Of a DNA stretch of 64,000 nt, positions 56,144 to 64,000 are shown piece by piece. The notes beneath the pieces are model-generated. The model searched no databases and had not been told where the DNA came from. It was given only the letters and a program-made list of their open reading frames with translations. This DNA comes from Camelus ferus (lineage: Eukaryota). Numbering within the stretch: position 1 is the stretch's first letter; each line of letters starts with the position of its first letter. Where the stretch lies: NCBI RefSeq assembly GCF_009834535.1, contig NC_045697.1, positions 31,994,001-32,058,000 on the forward strand. Direction: 5' to 3'. A program made the position numbers and the translations under genes.

Positions 56144-56843
56144 TAAGACAGTTAGATTTATATCTACCACTTCAATGGACCCTTTCTTTGCTTCTCTGTT
56201 GAAATGGTTTTCTCAGGAAATCTAGCACTATTAAAAAAGACAATCCAAGTGTGCTGTGTTTTGTCACCCTACCTCCAAGGTTACTAGAATATATGAACGA
56301 TGGGCAACTTCCAATCAAGCTTGGATCTGTGCAGAGAGGTCCTTTGCACTTCCCTAGTCAAAATAAAGTGCAAACAAATTGCCTGGATCCCAAACAGTGA
56401 CTGAATTACCAAAGAAATACAATTAAATCTGGGCTTATTTGTATCATAGGCTGTCAATACTGAGCTCTCTAACACTACAGGCAAGTTTAAAATCTCGTGT
56501 CTTGACAAAGAAAAACGTTTGCCAAATTATGTTCCTGCAGCCATCCCAGATGGCTTTTCATTTGTGCAAATAGCTTTCGAGTTGTGGCCCTCCCCATTTA
56601 TAAACATCACTGAGAACTGTGCCTGTCCGGGTTCCCCATCCTCCAAGCCCTAGTGATGTTCCGTGGAGTTCTTGTACTTGATCCACAAGCCCCCCTCCTG
56701 AAGCGCACTACAAAAGCATCATGCCAGGTGCTTTCCAAATCCTCTCCCTCGTTCTCATTTCATAAAATCACTGCATTCATTCCCCCGGGGAAGTGAACTC
56801 CATCCACCTTCCACACTTGAGATGCCCAGAAAGGAAACACAAT

Positions 56844-56894
56844 CACACATGCACACACAGATACACACGCACGCGCGCGCGCACAAACACACAC
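56844..56894. repeat. Compound (CA)n/(CG)n alternating purine-pyrimidine tract
   Basis: cacacatgcacacacagatacacacgcacgcgcgcgcgcacaaacacacac. Confidence 0.9.
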
Positions 56895-57400
56895 CATATC
56901 CCTTCCTAATCTCCAACTCGGACAGCAGCACTCAGACAACCAGTCTCTAGTTCCCTCCACCTTCTGCAGTCCAAAACGCCTATCAGTTACAGGTGACAAC
57001 TGGCACAGGAGAAATTGGAGGTTTCTATGGGTCGATGGAGACCTCTTTCCCACAAGCAGTTCTCACGGCCCCCGGAGGGGCTTTGGAGGCACAGTCGCCA
57101 GTTCTCTGGTTACCCTCTTCCGAAACTACCCGTAACAGGATGCTCCTGCGCCAACCCGCACCACCAGGAGGCAATCCTGGTGGTGCGCGGCGATACCTGA
57201 TGCCAACCTGCCCTCTGGAGGGACACCACTGGGGCCCATAAAAGTTGACCCCCAGGAGTCCTGCGGAGTCAGCGAGGAGGAGGACCTCTGCCCCCAGCCT
57301 CTTGCTTGCGTCTCTTCGCCGCCCTCCTTCGCTATAGTAGAAAGGAGCCCAACAGCTCCAAGAGCTGGGCGGGGGCGAGAGGACAAGATTAATAGAGTTA

Positions 57401-58867
<1,467 letters not shown>

Positions 58868-59014
58868 TTAGGCTGCCGCTCGGCTCTCCACGGGGAGGGC
58901 GGGAGGAGGGGCCGGAGCAAAGAAAACTCGCCGCCCCAGTAGCTGGCGAGCGCGGCGCGAGCCCCGAGCGCGGACGGTGGCGCTAACTACTCCTCGCGGC
59001 TGGGGAGGCAGCAC

Positions 59015-59022
59015 TGACGTCA
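59015..59022. promoter_or_regulatory. Perfect palindromic CRE (CREB/ATF site)
   Basis: TGACGTCA about 460 bp upstream of the KCTD8 ATG, inside the CpG island. Confidence 0.7.
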
Positions 59023-59102
59023 AGCCCCAGACTGGGACCCGAGCCACAGCTGTCATTTAAAGAGATAGGCGCCAGCCTCTGGCCGCGGGGCTCCGACGCT
59101 AG

Positions 59103-59112
59103 GGGGCGGGGC
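59103..59112 (+). promoter_or_regulatory. GC box (Sp/KLF site)
   Basis: GGGGCGGGGC consensus in the proximal promoter. Confidence 0.6.
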
Positions 59113-60999
59113 CGAGGGCCGAGCCTGGAGGTGATGCTACTTGACAGCGAGCCTGGAGAAGCGGGCAGGGAACCAAAAACAAAACAGAAAAAAGGACAGC
59201 ATCTTTTCTTCATTCATTTCATTCCTCCTTCCGTCCGTCCATCCATCCCTTCCTCTCTCATTCTGTTCGCTCTGTAAAACTATTTTTTTTACGCTTGCAT
59301 TAAATTGGGAAGTGGGGTGAAGGTATGGATTATAATAAAAATGCTAGGCTCCTAATCTGAAATTACTACAAATGTTGGCGTGAGAGCAGTGATTGCCAAA
59401 AGACTACGTGGGGGGAGCTCTCTTGTAGTGGTTTTGTAAGTTTTTGAAGTGAGGAGTGAAATGCCCCAACCTCTGTTACATTCAGATGTCATAACTTCGT
59501 ATTTAACTGCATGCGCTACATATAGTTGAAGAATTTCTAAAACTGAAATATGATATCAGCTCACAAAACTAACAAAGGATTGTATGTAATGTAACTGTTT
59601 TCTCCTTTCATCTGTTCAGTACTTGACTCATAGTAAATGCTTAGTAAATGTTTCGGGAGGAAGGGACAAATCCAGGGAGGAAACTTACTCCACTTGTTCC
59701 TAATTTCTGATCCTCATCGGTCCCTTCATTAATTCTCTCCATTTCCCTTTCAACTCCATAGGGCAAGAGAAGGGGCTTATGTCTTCTAACCCCAAGAGTC
59801 CAGTAACAAAGGAAAATTATATGAATTTAAGCTCACTTTAATTTCCATTTGTACACAGCACAGGTACAGTCGTAAGATAAGCATTATTTGTGATAAAGAG
59901 TGAGGAGAGAAATGCAAATGAGAAATCTTCCTTCTTGTGGCTATTCATCCTGAGGCATCCTTTTGTGTTCAGAAACATAAAGAATGATTGCTTTATAAAG
60001 TACAAACGTGAAAAGAGTATACTGTGGCACAAGTAGTTTGCTTGAAAAATTATCATAGTATTATAGATGAACTTTACCCATAAAATAATAAAAATAATAT
60101 AAAATAATGTACAGATTTTAATGTCTTGAAAATTTGAATCACTACTTAAGATTCCTTCTCTTTGAATCCACCACAGAAAAGTACTGAATTTGAGATAACA
60201 TAACCTAAAAGTTTTTATAAATAATTAATAAATTATTTTAAGCATTACAGACTAAATTTAATTCATTGATCCTTATAAACCACATCCCCAGAAAATGCTC
60301 TATCAGTTTTGAAGTTAGATTACCTGAGACTGAGAGAACCTAATGGACCAATGAAAGAAAATAATACATACATTTAAAACTGGGTCTGTATTATGTGTCT
60401 TTATGCAATCCTCTTATGCAAGCCTATTGCCTCCCCCCAAATTTACACACTGATCTAATTAAGAAGTAGAATTGATTTTAGCCTTCTTCACTTAAAAGTT
60501 AACATCAGAAAGCATCTGGAATTTGAAATAATGGTTCCTGAAAAATTAGTTAGTTAATTAATTAATTAATTGTTCCTGGAAAATGAATTAATAGAAGCTT
60601 TATAACCTTTATAGATGAATAAATAAGCCTCAAACTACTACTAATGAAGCCCATTTATCAAGAGGTAAGTGTCCCTAATGATAGGTATGTTATAGACCAT
60701 AGAATCATAATGAAGTGGATATATAATATATATGCATATGTATATATGAATACGAGGTCTCAAATATAATCAGGTTGAAATCCATTTTAATTTTTTAATT
60801 ACATAAAATATGGTCATAAGATGAAATGGCCTAAAATGTGTACTCTAGATGAATCATCTTAGAATTTCTTAATGAATTGCACTGTGATGTATTATTTTTT
60901 AAATAATTCTTTTGACAATGATTGAACAGTTTTCCTTAATCTCTTCCATCTCCATAATTCTCTTACTCTTACCGTCTCCCCCAATTATACCCTCCCACC

Positions 61000-61345
61000 A
61001 AACTCCAAACTGAACAAATTGCAGGTCCACAAAGTCTTTACCGATCAGTCTGTCTTTCGGCTAGGCATGCCTTTCCTTTTCCACCAGTTTCCTAATCCTT
61101 TCCCCCTGTTTAATGCTTCCCCAAGATTTCAGCTTAAATAGCACTTCCTCTAGAAAGCTTTCAGATTTTTACCAAGTCATGTGTTCCCACAGTACCCTAT
61201 GCTTACACAAGGGCAGGGTTTATCACACTGATGTGTCACTGTTTCCCATCAGATTGTAAGTACGGCATACAACCACATGCACTATTCTATCCCCAGCATT
61301 GTGCCTAGCCTGTTAAGAGATGGTTTCTATTTGTTGAATGTTCAC
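61000..61345. mobile_element. L2 3' fragment
   Basis: tcagcttaaatagcacttcctctagaaagcttt...cagattgtaag...ctatccccagcattgtgcctag...tatttgttgaatg. Confidence 0.65.
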
Positions 61346-61954
61346 TGCAAAAGAATATGTTCCTACCATGAGTGGATGACATGGCATCAGCTCTGTGCTA
61401 GACCCTGGGCTATGTGATGAGATTGCAGACATGAATAAGACTTAGTTCTTCACAATTAAAATCCAGAAAAGTAAGAACAGAATTTGATTAAAACAAACTC
61501 AGATCTAAAGGAGAAGGAAAAGCAAGAAAGAGACATTCTCGGAGCAAGCATTTTGGTGAACTAAGGAATCAACACCAAATACTATCGTTAGGACCATCTT
61601 GCTCTAAGCCACAGACACCATTAGTGTTGCCTAGGCCAATTTGATCTCAAAGATGGGGTCCTTAAGATCTTGTATTGCAGTGCACAGACAAGACACCAGA
61701 CTTCTCTGACTACAGACTACACCAGAGCACCTCACATTCCCAGAACTTTTAAAATAACACAATCAAAACTGTGTTTCTAAAAGCACAGCAAACTAACCAA
61801 AAAGGATAATCAGAGTCAAGATGATAATAATTTGTCATTTAAAATAACAAATTAACTATTTCTTTACTAAGTGGAGAGTTATACCTAAAGGCAGGAGATG
61901 TATCTTCTTTGATAGAAGAAGAAGAACACAGAAGGTAACAATGAGATTTAAAGT

Positions 61955-62070
61955 CAGGTAGAACTGGATTAAAAATGGACCTTTGTCTCTACCTGGCTTT
62001 GTAATTTGAGCAAGTTACTTAACTGCTCTGACCTTAGTTTCCTTATGGGTACAGTGGAACTAATAAAGAC
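61955..62070 (+). mobile_element. MIR fragment
   Basis: ttgagcaagttacttaactgctctgaccttagtttccttat. Confidence 0.68.
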
Positions 62071-62707
62071 CAGAGACTTCTCACTGTGATGATGTGTCCA
62101 GTAACATAGCCATTCAAGTTTGATGGAGTTCACTGTGTTTATTATGTCTGTTTCACACCATTGTTCTGAGGGATGAGAGCAGAGCCACACCCTTACTAGA
62201 CATACCTGAGATCCCAAAGCAGATAACTGACTACAGTAGCTCTGTCTTTCTTCCAATTGTCTCACCCCATGGCCTGCAATAACACGGCCCCTCCATCCTG
62301 AACCTCCCCACACCACCTGCAATGTGTCCTTCCCTGTCTTTAGCCATTGCTGTTCCTCTCTTGTTATACTTCATCGTCCTCAACGTTGGCATCATTGCAT
62401 TGATTGAACTTACCTTGGTCCTGTTCTGTTCTTTTCTTTTTTTCAATTTTGTCCAGTCTTTTTACTGTGATCTAATTATCCCTTTTAGCTTGTTTGTATA
62501 GAAGGCCAAATGCACTTCTAACTTTCAGGAACCCATCTGGTATCTGTTTATCTTGTTCAAGGGAATTGAAAGTTTTACAGGAAAAAAAAAAAACAAACAA
62601 CAATTCAACAAAACAACAACAACAACAAAAAAGCCATCACGTACTTGTAATTCTAAGCAAAAAGCCTGAGATTCTTTCCTGTACCAAGAGCTTTGAAGTT
62701 TTTAGAG

Positions 62708-63019
62708 CAGTGGTGTCCTATAAAAATATGTGAACCACATATCTAATTTTAAATGTTCTAGTAACCACATTAAAAAAGGAAAAATAAAATAGGTGAAATT
62801 ATTTTAATAATATCATTTATTTAGCCCAATATATCCAAAATATTATCATTTCAATACATACTCATACAAAATATATTAATAACATGATTTTTTTTCCATC
62901 CTTAGGCTTCAAAATATGGTGTGTATTTTACACATATAGCACATCTCATTTTGGACCAGCCATATTTCATGTGCTCAGTAGCCACGTGTGGCTAGTGGCT
63001 GCTGTGTTGTTCAGCAGAG
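62708..63019 (+). mobile_element. MER33/MER3-like hAT-Charlie element
   Basis: cagtggtgtcctata...ttctagtaaccacattaaaaaag...gtgctcagtagccacgtgtggctagtggct...cagcagag; TSD TTTTAGAG/CTCTAGAG (Charlie-type NTCTAGAN target). Confidence 0.85.
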
Positions 63020-64000
63020 CTCTAGAGCATTTGTGACTCTAATATATCTACCTATTCTGAGGATTAGGTAAGACAGCATGTCTTTTAAAAGATTTTATGA
63101 CAGGACTTGTAATGAGAGGAATCTCACATTCAACCCTTGATTAGAATCATTAACACATGGAATGGGGATCATGGAGCACCTCTCAGGACGAAAAAAGAGG
63201 AAAAGTTCTAAAAAGAAGAAAGAAATAATAGATATCCTATCATTGGCAGAGTTGTGGTTTCCGCTTGACACCCATCACACCCCCATAAAGGTGAGATATG
63301 GGCAAGCTTTGCTACACACATCATTCTTGTGAGAAGCAGGCCAACCCAAGGGCCTATGGCCCCTGTAAGGTAAGAAATAAAAGGTCTGCTGCCAGAGCAG
63401 GGTCACCCTTGGTAGGAACAAGATAATATATAGGACAGGAAGGAGCATCATCAAATGCAACAACTGCTGTAGAACCTGGGGAAAGCTAGAAAGCAGAGTA
63501 TAAAAGCTAGCTCACTGCAAAATCGCACCTATCAGTTTTGAGAATTTCAATGATGCTATGAAGTGATAAACTTTGCAAATGAACTATTCAGGGAACCTAG
63601 ACTATCAGTGTTTGATGCATTTGTTTTGGAGCATATTTCAGCAATTTAGATATCTTAATATAAAGTCATATGAGCCCTTGTTCTATATTATAAATTATAG
63701 AAGGACTATTAAAGGTTAGGGTGACAGGTGGTAAAATTCTATTAAATTAATACCCAAAGAAATTAATGAAATGACCAATAGATTATGATTCAGCATATCT
63801 AAGCACTCAATATAATGCTTGGCAAATAAAAAGTGCTCAATAGATATTTATGAAAAAAAATCACTTGTAAGCCATTTTCATAGTAACATATCATGTAAAG
63901 GTCATGTTTTTGGCCGTGGCTATGTAACTTAATATATAGTATGTGCATGGGATGTATGTGTTGGGGGTAGTTTAGCAACAGATGACCTAGTATTTCATCT

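Noticed and set aside
59398..59436. Imperfect inverted repeat AAAAGACTAC...GTAGTGGTTTT with ACTAC(A) motifs
   Set aside because: Weak pairing, and it lacks the TTCCCAG half of a ZNF143/THAP11 site.

Overview
Mammalian genomic DNA, probably a cetartiodactyl and possibly a camelid (inferred from the style of the L1 3' ends and the lack of recognisable Alu, PRE1, Bov-tA, CHR or SINEC elements). The only supportable protein-coding sequence is coding exon 1 of KCTD8 on the minus strand (ATG at 58552, splice donor after 57598). KCTD8 is a BTB/T1-domain auxiliary subunit of GABA-B receptors, and the exon sits in a CpG-island promoter with a perfect CRE and a GC box. Bases 1-57597 are the 5' part of its very long intron; exon 2 (H2 domain) was not found in the window. 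Bases ~59200-64000 are upstream flank. The rest is AT-rich sequence with decayed interspersed repeats (L1, L2, MIR, MaLR/ERVL LTRs, hAT and Tigger DNA transposons), several nested and with visible target-site duplications (TSDs). Repeat family names come from remembered consensus motifs, not a database search, so subfamilies and boundaries are approximate. I found no convincing novel biological system. The best leads are a possible intron-read-through, H2-less KCTD8 isoform with a candidate L1-derived polyA signal, a possible 5'-UTR translational control module (uORF, in-frame upstream AUG, RNA G-quadruplex), a candidate two-LTR ERVL/MaLR-like provirus and a twin-primed inverted L1.
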